A stretch of 40,839 nt of DNA from Squatina squatina (Eukaryota), in assembly GCA_031763465.1 (NCBI GenBank), contig JARFOE010000192.1:4406880-4447718 (forward strand). Direction: 5' to 3'. Every line of letters starts with the position of its first letter. Position 1 is the stretch's first letter. Both the position numbers and the translations under genes were made by a program. The notes under the pieces are model-generated. The model saw only the letters and a program-made list of their open reading frames with translations, searched no databases and had not been told where the DNA came from. Shown one piece after another: positions 13,687 through 24,904 of the stretch.

Positions 13687-15121
13687 TTAAATAACTCTCT
13701 GTTGAATAAATCCTTCTATATTTTCCATAATGGCACTTGGATCTGCTGGACAGACTTGTCCTTTCTGGGTGTGGAGCTTTCCAAGTCTCTCCAGCACAGC
13801 TTTGTGAACAGGAGGCAAGGAACTTAGGGAGTTTAACATCTGGAGCTGATCAATTGGGTGTTGGCTAATTTCTTTAACCCTCAAAGCCCTTAGCACAGCA
13901 GCTGCAGACTTGCAAGGATGAGCTGTTGACGCAATAACAACTGGACAGGCCCGGTCATGCTGACGATCTGCTACAACTTTTGCCACAGCTGTGTGCGTGT
14001 CCAGAATGTAACCTGTGGACTTGTACACAGAGTAGATAGCAGCCAGGCACTCCTCCTCCGAACACCAGTCTGACACAAAGTTATGCTGAATTCTCGTCAG
14101 CAAAGCATTTGGCACCTGAAAGTGGTGTTGTGCTTCCAGCTGGGTAAACAGTTCCCTCACAAGCTGCCCATCACCTTGTGCCACAAGGTGTAAATATCGC
14201 TCAATGTTGGAGGACTTAAGAATATCTAATGCTGGAGACAAAGAAGCAGTTACATTTCTACGCCTCAAATCATACTTGCCTGTCCTTATGAAATCAGTCA
14301 GGGCATTATTTTGATTTGAAGCACAGATAAATTTTCGAACAGGAATCCCCATACATTTTGCATACACAGCTGCCAAGATGTTGCCAAAGTTTCCTGTGGG
14401 AATGCAAACATCAACTGGATCTCCAAAGCTAATTACACCTTGGTTGACGAGATCAAGATAAGCAGAGGCATGATAGACTACCTGTGGCAGCAGGCGAGCC
14501 CAGTTTATTGAGTTTGCGGCACTTAGAGCTGTCCCATATTCAACTGTCAGGAAGCCAATGTAATCGGGATTTGCAAATATTTGTTTTATAGTTGTCTGAC
14601 AGAAATCAAAGTTAGACTTGACACCTACAGCCTTTACATTTTCTTCTTTGTAACTAATCATCTGTGCCTTCTGAATCTGACTAATTCCCTCTTCAGGGAA
14701 GAATGTGAGAACCGAGATTCTTTGTTTGTCAGCATCACTGAGGCGAGAGAAACCATCCAGAACAGCGCTCCCTGTATCCCCAGATGTAGCAACCAGAATC
14801 AGATAATGGCAAGTTCTAGGCATGCAGTATGCAAATAGTTGTGGCAACATCTGCAAAGCAAAGTCCTTGAAGGAAGCCGTGGGCCCATGAAACAATTCAA
14901 GAAGAAATTGATTTTCAGTTAAATGTCTGATTGGTGCTATCTTGTTACAAGAAAAGTTGTGTCCGTATGCTTTCTCCACCATCTCTCGCAGCTTGACAGC
15001 TGGCACTTCATCTGGATGGATGCACTTCTCCAGTAGGACTTGTGCCCGTTCGGTGTAAGGCGCATCAACCAACCTTTGCCACTCCCCAGCAGTCAATTCT
15101 GGAAGCCGGTCTGCAGGCACG
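13687..15121 (-). CDS. THNSL1: Threonine synthase-like 1, PLP-dependent threonine synthase domain (3' part of CDS)
   Basis: Uninterrupted 477-codon frame with ELFHGPTASFKD (PLP lysine near 14866-14868), VATSGDTGSA, NSINWARLLPQ, IPTGNFGNILA and SSNIER. Colinear with remembered human THNSL1 from FVP..WKSLV to the C-terminus. The start lies in the gap; the ORF-track 'M' is a GTG. Confidence 0.95.
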
Positions 15122-15830
15122 NNNNNNNNNNNNNNNNNNNNNNNNNNNNNNNNNNNNNNNNNNNNNNNNNNNNNNNNNNNNNNNNNNNNNNNNNNNNNNN
15201 NNNNNNNNNNNNNNNNNNNNNAGATGTCTTCTGATTCACAAAACTGTTGACTGGATGGTCGTATTGTACCTTTGTAAGTGTAAAAATAACTTTGAACTCT
15301 GGCTGTTCCAAAAACTTCGGGGCAAGGTTAGAGAAAGAATCAAATTCAGGAGCAATGCACTCTTAGCTATGATTCCAAAATGCTGCATTGTGTGAGCAAC
15401 ACTCTAAACTGACCTACATAGCCAAGGAGAATGTGTTGGGGTCCTCTGCCGTTTACAATACATTCTCCAGTGTTAGTTGTAAAACTACTGAAACTTAGCC
15501 AATCTATCAGACAGCAGAACTGGCAGAATCACTAAAACATAAAAGTCTTCGACTGACAAAAGGTTACTGTTATCACAGTCATCTTCATTACTTGATATTG
15601 TTAGTCCATGAATACTGCTGCACAGCAAAGAAACAGAGACACAAAATGGATCTCAACATTGCCACAAATTGTGAAACCAGCTCAGTGAGCAGTTGAGTAC
15701 TGATGCCGAGTCTTTTGTCAGCGTTGCCATTAGTCTGCAACAAGGACTTGCTCTTGTGCATAGAGAAGGCTAACAGATTTTTTTTCATTTCGCACAGAAA
15801 AGTAGGCACTAAAAACTTCTCTTGGTGCCA

Positions 15831-16583
15831 TTAGATAAAGAATGTAGAATAAATTCTTGTGGAAATAAATATTTCAGAATTAGAGTCTTGATACCTCTTT
15901 ACACCATCAAGTACCTTCTCAGCAACTGCTTCTGCTGTGTCACCAGACTGACACAGGACACGTACATCATACCACTGGTGGTAAAACTGCTGTCTGTACT
16001 GAAGCATTTCTTGCATTGAAACACCAGGCCTCAGCCCAACAATACGATCCACCTTCATCCATTCAAGTCTTTTTAGTATATCTTCAAGAGGCACATCGAG
16101 GTAAACAACTATTCCATTCGTTTTCACGTGGTACATACTGTGAGGATGCATAGGGTTGGACCCAGTAAGAGAAATAACACTTCTAGTTGTTGAAAACTGT
16201 TGAAGGGCTTCTCCCTCCTCTTGCAAAAATAGTTCATCACCAGCCTCCTGCAGCTTCTGAGCCACACTCATGTGCCAAGTCTTTTCAAGCACCTCATCAA
16301 CATCTATCACAGGAAGGCCTGTGATCCGACCAACCAACACCCCTACTGTTGTCTTCCCTGCCCCAGGAGCACCCAGAAGAACAATGTTCTTAACACCCAC
16401 CAGTGGGCTAGGTGTGGACAGCATTGATTTAACATGCTTAGAAGAAGGGAACCTTTTTAAAAATGATAAAGCAAAATTATTGTTCACTTGAATTAATGAT
16501 TGATCCGGTACATGATTGTGATAAAGTCTTTGAATAAGATGACTTGAACCTGTATAAATCAGCCTGGACATCCTGACCTTCAT
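15831..16583 (-). CDS. THNSL1: Threonine synthase-like 1, N-terminal transit-like peptide plus shikimate-kinase-like domain (5' part of CDS)
   Basis: Walker A GAPGAGKTT, DVD, VISLTGSNPMH, VYLDVP, MKVDRIVG and FISTR are all THNSL1 N-domain motifs. A polypyrimidine acceptor (ttttttttag/tttaag) lies just upstream near 16599-16606. Homology ends after ISTR (about 15855), followed by IYSTFFI*. Confidence 0.93.
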   Translation of the reverse strand: MKVRMSRLIYTGSSHLIQRLYHNHVPDQSLIQVNNNFALSFLKRFPSSKHVKSMLSTPSPLVGVKNIVLLGAPGAGKTTVGVLVGRITGLPVIDVDEVLEKTWHMSVAQKLQEAGDELFLQEEGEALQQFSTTRSVISLTGSNPMHPHSMYHVKTNGIVVYLDVPLEDILKRLEWMKVDRIVGLRPGVSMQEMLQYRQQFYHQWYDVRVLCQSGDTAEAVAEKVLDGVKRYQDSNSEIFISTRIYSTFFI

Positions 16584-17940
16584 TCAAGGGCATATGTTCT
16601 TAAACTAAAAAAAAAAGCAGAAAATTGTTTTAAATTACAGTTACTATAATAAAGAATCATNNNNNNNNNNNNNNNNNNNNNNNNNNNNNNNNNNNNNNNN
16701 NNNNNNNNNNNNNNNNNNNNNNNNNNNNNNNNNNNNNNNNNNNNNNNNNNNNNNNNNNNNAAGGGGAATAGGATCTTCCCACCATGTTTATGATGTTGCT
16801 GACACATAGCAGCCACAGAAAATTTTCCTCTCAGATTGAAACAAAATCCTGTAAAACAGAAAGACAGCTGTTCACCCTAAGTGGCTTTCCTGTTAGTACA
16901 AAGTGTCAAATGAGAAATAGCTCATACCTATTTTTCATGATTAAGACTTTGTTCTGACAAGAATACAACATGCAGATGTCATAGTGCCTCAGAAAATCAA
17001 ACATAACTACATGTATTTAGTTTTGTATGCTTAAAAATGGAAAATAAGTATATAGAAAAATGTAAAAGTACAACACAGCTGCAATTATTAAATTAAATCA
17101 TTATGAGGAAATACTCATTTGTGTTTATCTGTCTGTGAAGGAAATGATTTGAGTGACTTGACCTTGTGTTGGTGCATGAGGATAGATTTTATGAGCCCTT
17201 GCATATGGCAAGGTATCTGGCCCACTTTGAAGGCAGTTCAGAAAATCACAGGCAACCTGATCTCTACTCAGTGACTCAGGTACCTGGTCATGGGCAAATA
17301 CTCTGAAAATTCTATGCTTGAAGCAGTTTATTGCTCTTTTTTTCTCAGTCTACCCAGGGGAAGGAGATCTTACTCCAGCACCCCACACAATCACCCCATC
17401 TAAAGCCATCAAAACCTATGTGATAATCCTTTGCTTCTGTAAGACACTCTCTTAAGTTTAAATGTATTGAAATAAGATACAATCTACTTTTTTTTAAAAG
17501 AGTAAAGAAATTAACTAAAAAAACAAATAAAAGTAACGAGCCTATCTGAAAGGCAGTATTTATTTCAGTAATGTCTCCAAGCACACACATAGCAAGAGAG
17601 CTCAGTCAGCTTGTCCGCACAATGTCCTTAATCACTTTTAAGCACGTCCTTGGACTGTATGGGAAGGAAAATTCCATATTGCATGCACTATTCACCGCCC
17701 TTCTCAGTATTTATTGTGAGGCTCTACTCCCACCTTGAACATAACTGGAGTCATGTGCAATATATATCTGTGATAACAGAGAGGATTTATTTTTCAGCAG
17801 GCCCACATCATCAGGCTGTTTCACAGACTTGCACATTTGTNNNNNNNNNNNNNNNNNNNNNNNNNNNNNNNNNNNNNNNNNNNNNNNNNNNNNNNNNNNN
17901 NNNNNNNNNNNNNNNNNNNNNNNNNNNNNNNNNNNNNNNN

Positions 17941-18015
17941 AGTCATGATCTTGTTGAATGGTGGAGCAGGCTCGAGGAGCCGAATGGCCTACTCCTGCTC
18001 CTATTTCTTCTTATG
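17941..18015 (+). mobile_element. CR1 LINE 3' tail
   Basis: catgatcttgttgaatggtggagcaggctcgaggagccgaatggcctactcctgctcctatttcttcttatg is a shark CR1 3' UTR hairpin/tail, similar to 22340-22420. Confidence 0.75.
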
Positions 18016-18210
18016 CGTCAATGTTGAGGACTCCCAGCCGACGGCATACCAGTGTGGTGGTTCTGTCCTGCCAGTTGAGCAAGACATACCCAGGGATGCT
18101 GATGGAGGATTCTGGGATGTTGGAGTGAGGGTATAATTATGTCAGACTGTTGTTTGACTAGTCTATGCAACACTTCTCCCAACTTTGGCCCAAGCTCCCA
18201 AATATTAATG
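18016..18210 (-). mobile_element. LINE APE-endonuclease fragment
   Basis: The minus strand reads NIWELGPKLGEVLHRLVKQQSDIII then PGYVLL..QDRTTTLV, resembling the N-terminus of a LINE endonuclease (NVxGL..K..EL.....DI..; PGY....DR). Confidence 0.55.
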
Positions 18211-18362
18211 AGTGGGTGAGTGGAGGGAAAGGGAAGAGTGAAGGAGAGAGAGCGTAAGTGGAGTGGAAGAGGGAGAGTGGCACGGAGAGGAGGGAGAGGG
18301 AAGGCGAAATTGCCTGAGGGGAGGGAAGAAGGAAGGACAGAGAGAGAATGAGTGGAGAGGGA
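18210..18362. repeat. Purine-rich (GA/GGA) low-complexity tract
   Basis: Directly visible gagggaaagggaagag-type runs. Confidence 0.8.
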
Positions 18363-18707
18363 TGTCCACATTGGTACATTGGTAGCCTCGAATGAACCCA
18401 AAGCATAAAATTTAAATGCAGTTGTAACTGAGTCTGGATATGTTGGAGCCCTGAGAGACAAGACCATCATCTATGCGCTTTCAATTCCTACCTCTGCTGC
18501 ACGGTACTTGCTCACCATAGCCACCGAATGGCATGGCAGCAGTCCTTATGGCATCAGTGAGGTAAATGAAGTATTCTGCACAAATCTTGCATGGCGTCCC
18601 TTGTGCATTGAAGCCTCTGCAGGCACTGCTTCTCTAACCCATAGAGATTTGTGCACCTCGATCTGTAAATGCTGGCATGTGGCTTCTGGAAGGTGGATGC
18701 AGCCTGA

Positions 18708-18720
18708 CCTGCCTAGCAAC
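18708..18720. promoter_or_regulatory. RFX X-box-like motif in putative THNSL1/ENKUR bidirectional promoter
   Basis: CCTGCCTAGCAAC is an 11/13 match to the X-box GTTGCCTAGCAAC. It lies about 170 bp upstream of the putative enkurin-like ATG and upstream of minus-strand donors at 18516 (ATG|gtgagc) and 18492 (GAG|gtagga). Confidence 0.35.
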
Positions 18721-18887
18721 CATCCTTTGGCTATCCGATTCCTCCAGAAAGCATGAATGTAGGGAGATTCATACGAGGAAATCCTGTTGCAGTTGTTGGA
18801 GTGAAAAATGACTGCATCAGAACAATTGGCACAAAGGCTTTTAAATACGTAAGTGACCACAACAAAAGAACAGAAACTATAGGAAAG

Positions 18888-18973
18888 ATGGTATCGAAAT
18901 GGCTTGAAAATTTGTAAAATAATCTTGTTACTGGGATCTCAATGAATTTCTGTATAAAGTAATCTAATAGAAG
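18888..18973 (+). pseudogene. Degenerate enkurin-like exon 1
   Basis: MVSKWLENL*NNLV... resembles the enkurin ExIYNLIP start, with TAA (18915) at the Tyr position. Phase-2 donors at 18959 or 18974 match the phase of the exon at 19186. Confidence 0.35.
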
Positions 18974-19185
18974 GTACAATTCAAATATAACTTTATTTTC
19001 TGCACTGCAAAATTCTATTTTATAGTTTCAAGAACCTTGTATTAGAATTAATAGTTGCGCTATCCATCAACTGGTTTTTACATCTTAAAATAAAAGAAGT
19101 GTTGCTTATGCCAAAACAGCAGCTAGTTGCTTTGTTCATGTGAAAATGCTCAAAAATATTTAGAAAGTTTTTCATTTGTTTTCAG

Positions 19186-19265
19186 TTATCATTCAGTGCA
19201 ACGGAAAATTGTACAAAAAGACTGGGATAGTAAGAAATCTTCATACAAAACAATGGGTTTACCCA
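19186..19265 (+). pseudogene. Enkurin-like exon 2 (truncated by gap)
   Basis: Acceptor tttgttttcag in phase 2, then YHSVQRKIVQKDWDSKKSSYKTMGLP versus remembered human ENKUR exon 2 YISIFKATVKDDMQKAKTAMKTMGPA. Position and orientation (head-to-head with THNSL1) match human synteny. May be functional or a relic. Confidence 0.65.
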
Positions 19266-19365
19266 NNNNNNNNNNNNNNNNNNNNNNNNNNNNNNNNNNN
19301 NNNNNNNNNNNNNNNNNNNNNNNNNNNNNNNNNNNNNNNNNNNNNNNNNNNNNNNNNNNNNNNNN

Positions 19366-19924
19366 TTTCTATCTCGCCTCCCGTGGAATTCACTTGGGGT
19401 GCAAAGGCCTTTGCGCCTGACCGGCTGAATTCTGTGGCGGGTCAGCACATGACATCATAAAGATGCGTGCTGACCCGTACTGCACAGCCGCAACCCCTTT
19501 GCGGCCCGTTTGCGTCCCACGGGCGGGAAACCTGTCGTTGCAACAGCCCTCTTAAAGGGGCGGCCTGTGCACCTCCTTCCGTCATCTTTATTTATCTTTA
19601 TTAGTCAGCGAAATGATGGCGGCCCTTGGCTGGATCGTTGCAGCATCCCCTCGCCTGGCATGCCAACTGGCGTGTGAGGCTGGTGGCCCGGTCGCCGGCG
19701 TCCCTGGTGGCCCAGTGTCGGGCTGAGGGGCGCCATCAGGATGGCCTTTAAGGGAGGCCTGCCAGTGCTCCTGATGTTCCTGGCCGGCTGCCCCAGTTCC
19801 GCCTGGGAGCAAGGCCGACAGCGCAGCACCTCACGTCCGCCCCTGGAACGACTAATCCTGCGGCGGGCGGTGGGGCAGGAGCCGGCGCAAGAAATGCCAG
19901 TTCCCGCCCCGTAAGCTCAGGCCC
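19366..19924. mobile_element. GC-rich non-autonomous DNA transposon (Harbinger-type)
   Basis: Sharp GC/CpG-rich block ending ...CTCAGGGCCC|TAA, i.e. a GGGCCC-type TIR end followed by TAA, the PIF/Harbinger target-site type. Confidence 0.55.
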
Positions 19925-21904
19925 TAAGAGTTTACTTGGAGTAGAGGTGCAGAGCATTTTGCTGTGTATATACATTGGTCATGATAAAGGCAAAGGAAAA
20001 ATGAACAATAGAGTCTCTTGGATATTGGAGTTCAAGGCCTCAATCGCAGTTGTATGAACATTCATGAGAGATAATACCATGGCTTTCGGACCTTTACCAC
20101 TGAGGCTTCTGCTGCAGATGCCACGTTGGAGTTGCCACAGGTCCCGTGGTGGATTGCAGCGCCAAACAGCTTTGCTGCACAATTACACGGATACCAGTGA
20201 ACTCCTCTATAGTTGTCACCATACCTTGCAGAGTCCTTTGAAAAGCTTCAAAATGACTCCATAAGATGATCAAGCTCAGGTAGCAACATTAATTTATAGG
20301 CAAGCCTCAATGGAATGTACCCCTGGCCTCTGCAGTTGAGGAAGGATGTGAAGCTGTCCCTTTGGCCAGCAACATCATGCTCCTCCGCTGCCACCTTACT
20401 TGATACTTTTTGTTCATGCTTTGTGAATCATCAAGCTCACTACCTAAATCCCAGACANNNNNNNNNNNNNNNNNNNNNNNNNNNNNNNNNNNNNNNNNNN
20501 NNNNNNNNNNNNNNNNNNNNNNNNNNNNNNNNNNNNNNNNNNNNNNNNNNNNNNNNNATCACCTGGCTTTATACTCCACCCACTGGAGTTGCCGTAGGTG
20601 TACCTAGCAAAGTCACAACCTTGGTCCTGAGACCGTGCATAAAGTCAAAACCCATTCTCAGTACATAACAGGATCAGTAATACAACTTTAACAGCCAGGG
20701 CTAAACTGAAGTTTTCTTTTACAGGGTTGCTGAGCATCTGCAGCACAGTTCAGGATGTTCCAGCTGCATTAAAAAAATTGAGCCTTAATGAGCCGAGCAC
20801 ACAACAGGTGTTTAAGCTCATGTTACAGTACACACTGCGTATTGAGTACTTAGCAGGCCTCAAGCCTCAGTGCCCTAGAATGAGGGAAGCTGGGCTCCAA
20901 CTTGCAGCAGCATGTCAGGTACCAAAGGTTGTGATTTCAGTTCCATAGCACCTTACTGCATCGCTTGGAAACATTCCAAATTATTTGAAATATCAGAGAA
21001 GTGTTTTCCTTCCAGCTGGTTCATTTTATTTTAATTTTATACAGAGTTCCAAAAAGTTGACATTTCACAAGCAGCTCAACTTATAAAGTTTAATGACAAG
21101 CAGATTTCAGTTTTTCAGTTAAATATGGATATCAAAGTCAAGTTGAAAAAGATAGCTTGAGTGGAGGAGAAACAAAATTAAAGCTGTTTTTGCGTTAATT
21201 TTATATTCCTTATATATCCTGGTATGGGACCAATTTTATATTTTTTGCAATGAGCACAACAGTCTTTATTTACATCATACAATATGACACATAAATAGAT
21301 AAATACCAACCTAGTGCACTGAGAGTGAGACTCGCTTTGAAGTTAGTGATGCCACGATGGCTCTCTTTATCTGCTTGGTTGTTGCATTTTTAATGGAGAA
21401 AACCAGTGACAATCAATAATACATCTTAATATTTGATTATAATAATTAGCACAATCAGATTACATTTAAGTTGAATTTATCCTTTGTTTTTTCTTCGCCT
21501 GTCATTTCATCCGCGTAGATGAGCCATTACTGTTATCAGTCATTCACACACATGGATGGCAGCTCTGGATTGCTGNNNNNNNNNNNNNNNNNNNNNNNNN
21601 NNNNNNNNNNNNNNNNNNNNNNNNNNNNNNNNNNNNNNNNNNNNNNNNNNNNNNNNNNNNNNNNNNNNNNNNNNNACACAAAGTTGAGAAATCTCATTAA
21701 AAATATATTCCAAGTTAATGGATACTTGACTTTGATTTTAAACTTGCCCACCCGCTCCCAATGCGCAGGAAAGGGTTAAAATCTTGAGATTCAAAATCCT
21801 GCCTTCAAACCGCCACATTCCCGATGCTCTCATATTAACAACGGCAATTCAAACCCTCATGGCATTTAAAAAGTATCGGATATACACTTGAAGTGCTTTA
21901 ACCT

Positions 21905-22420
21905 ACAAGGCTACGGACCAAGCGTTGGAAAATGGGACGAGGCTGGATTGCTCTTTGTCGGCCGGCTAAATGATACCGGGGCTAAAATGGTTAAATTACG
22001 AGGACAGGTTGCATAGACTAGGCTTACATTCCCTTGAATATAGAAGATTAAGTGGTAATCTAATTGAGGTGTTTAAGATGATTAAAGGATTTGATAGAGA
22101 GAATCTATTTCCTCTGGCACGAGACTTCAGAACAAGGGGCATAACCTTAAACCGTTCAGTGTTGATGTCAGAAAGCACTTCTGCACACATAGGGTAGTGG
22201 AAATCTGGAACTCCCTCACCCAAAAAGCTGTTGTAGCTAAGTCAATTGAACATTTCAAAACTGACGTTGATAGATTTTTGTTAGGCATGGGTATTAAGGG
22301 TTACAGAACCAGGCGGGTAAATGGAATTAAGATACAGGTCAGCCATGATCCAATTGATCGGCAAACAGGCTCAAGGGGCTGAATGTCCTACTCCTGTTTC
22401 TATGTTCCTATGTTCTTATG
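21905..22420 (+). mobile_element. CR1 LINE 3' end (ORF2 C-terminus, 3' UTR and TTCCTATG-like tail)
   Basis: MIPGLKWLNYEDRLHRLGLHSLEYRRLSGNLIEVFKMIKG and IWNSLTQKAV..FKTDVDRFL are canonical CR1 ORF2 ends. Tail is ttctatgttcctatgttcttatg. Confidence 0.92.
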
Positions 22421-22630
22421 AGAGGAAGGAAAATCTGATCAAACTAGAATTAGATGCTGTTTCTGGTTTTCACACTGAGATTTATTCACATCAAACTGTC
22501 CAAAGCTAATGGAGCACTTTCGGTTTTTTTAGATTTTATTCATGAATTCACAAGTGCACTTTGATATATGATGTATCAGTTTCCACGTAAACTTATCTTC
22601 ACAGCTCCTTTGAGAAATACATATACTTAC

Positions 22631-23137
22631 TTCAGAAAATATATCTTAATTCTACACACAAATCTGGCAAAGGGCATTCACTGGAGCTTGGGATGTGGCT
22701 CTTCCTTTTTTTTCGAATAAGTTTATGTGTGTAAAATGCTGTCGGTATTAGGAAGCTGCCAGGTCCAGCAGATTTATTAAGGATTGGATGTTCTTCCAGT
22801 ACATCACGGGTTCATTAGAAGTCTTTGGATGAGAGGCCTCTCTGAAGCTCATATGTTATGCATTACACATCTGAGTATTACAACATGGTGGTGTCACTTG
22901 ATGCCAGGAGTTTCTTAATTTTTTCCAGCCCCATATGTTTGCAAAGTCCTTCAGCACTGCTTTGGAGACAGCATTTCTTCCTTCAGAAGTTAGATTGTTT
23001 CCACGTCAGAGGTTTCTTTCTCAATAGCAACCAGGGCTTGATTTTTTCCAGGATTTATTTTTGAGGATTATCCTTCCGGCTGCCAGGAAGCACAGCGAAA
23101 TACCTTTTGTTTTAGATGGCAGAGAGCGACTGATGAC
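22631..23137 (-). pseudogene. Exon-like segment with multiple stops (putative part of a decayed minus-strand gene)
   Basis: Bounded by acceptor gtcttattcag (23138) and donor GAA|gtaagt (22630). Purine-rich and coding-like on the minus strand, but all frames contain stops. Product not identified. Confidence 0.35.
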
Positions 23138-23464
23138 CTGAATAAGACATACACAAAGGGGGAGTTTACTTCCGGTCACTATCACTGGAATTTCGTGTAA
23201 TAGACATATAAACAAGGTTTTTGCCAAATTTACGCCAGCCGATCAGGGGTGCATCCAAGGAAATTCCCAATGGTTAATAACATCAAAAGCAACGTGCAAC
23301 AATTTCCTCCGATTGCACTTTCTAGTGAAATTGTAAGTGTTCTAAAAGAACTGGTTTATGATTTTGATAGAAATAGTGATCAGAGGAAATCTTCCCACAA
23401 TATTTATGATGTCACTAACATATAATGACCAGAAGGCTTCTTCTATTTCTTGGGAGGTGGGCAG

Positions 23465-23630
23465 CAGCAGCAACTTGGCCCATCCCTAGTTGCCCTGAGG
23501 GAATTAAGAGTCAACCACCTAGTGTGTGAGTGGAGTCATATTTCGGCCGGACCACTTCAGGTTGGTAAGTTCTCTTCCCTGAAGGATATCAGCAAACCAG
23601 GTGAGTTTGTATGACAATCAAGCAGTTTTA
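23465..23630 (-). mobile_element. Shark SINE body fragment
   Basis: Shares the gata/gacattrgtgaaccagrtg..gacaatc core with 31303-31350. Confidence 0.5.
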
Positions 23631-24904
23631 TTAAAAGAGAAGTGTCTTTGTCTGCCCCAGTGACTGACCTTCGCAGCAAAATTCCTTTCCCTGCCTCTTA
23701 ACGGGCACCCTGGCAACAACGCAACTGTTGTAGGTGCCCACCCTTCCTTATGTAAACAGCCCGTGACCATAGGAATTCGGAGTGGTTACAGCAGCAGAGC
23801 AGGACTGATGAGTTTTCTGGCCTTAAGTGTCATAGGCTTTTAGACCGTGAGCATNNNNNNNNNNATTACAACCAAGCCTCGTCCTATCAATGTGCAATGT
23901 GCATGCCTTTTCCAGCAAGGATTCTGGATAGTGATCAGGAGTGGGGATGTTGACTGACTTTTCCCCTCTCTAGTCCATGGATACTTCGGTCAATCGCAAT
24001 AGTCTAACCACAATCCTGGCTGGGTTTTTTTCTGGGAATTCTACCCTCACTGCTCCTAATAAGCCCAGAAAGACCTTTTGGGAGTATATACAGGTCCCAC
24101 TGATGGTTTTATGAAAGCCCCTCAAAGCAGAAAGAAGCAGTAATCGATCAATTACCTTAACCAAGTTCCCCCTTCATTCCCCGAGGGGATACAAAGACAT
24201 TTTTACCACAATTTTCTTCAGCCTGATTTGGACCTCAGCCTGATTGACCTGATACAACTTCAAGATCTACCATTTCATTCGGATGGGCACCTCAGTTGCA
24301 TGGCTACAGGCATGGGAACCTGCCCCGAATATTCAGATGACCTTCTCCCCGAGATTTGAGATGGGGTCTTCTCCAAATGCCATGGGCAGGTATGGGATCT
24401 GCAATGCTACGCTTGATTTAATTTCTTAGTTTAGTTCATTTTGATTTTGAAAAAAATCAGCTTTTGTGGACCAACCCAATCCTGAAAGGTCTTAATGGTT
24501 TTACTTTTTAAGTTGAGATACTTCATTTGTGTACTGGCTTGGTATGCTTGGTCTTTCATTTAAATTGGCCTGTCACAAAATTAGTTTCCTCACATTGAAT
24601 AGCGGCCAAAAGGTGAGAACGATCAATCTCTACAAAACAAAACTCTCCGCTTATCCAGGGTGGGGAGACAGCCGGGACTGGCATCGGCTCAATCCTGCTG
24701 ACAGGCTGAGCATGGGTTTATTCTCACTATCACTGGGGATGAGTCCCTTAAATGGGCCTTCCCTTTAGCGGGAAACTGTATCCCCTGCCTGTGAGAAGAA
24801 AAGTCGCATCAACAGCACACAGCACATGTTAAACCCACCATCAAGGCTTGTAATCAATTATCCAACCATGCAGAACTCCCGATAGGAACACCAATAAGTC
24901 AGGC

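Noticed and set aside
13687-16583. Horizontal transfer of bacterial aroK-thrC
   Set aside because: The shikimate-kinase plus threonine-synthase fusion is the normal architecture of vertebrate THNSL1, and the synteny is vertebrate.
18546-18860. 104-aa minus-strand ORF as a coding exon
   Set aside because: It has no recognisable homology and is better explained as promoter or 5' UTR sequence.
20725-20948. Plus-strand acceptor followed by a 73-codon open frame
   Set aside because: It shows no similarity to enkurin or any protein I recognise, so I cannot support it as an exon.
21038-21160. YTEFQKV...QLNMDIK as the enkurin C-terminal exon
   Set aside because: Only EFQ and QL..DI match, the spacing is off and the sequence is AT-rich; too weak without an alignment.
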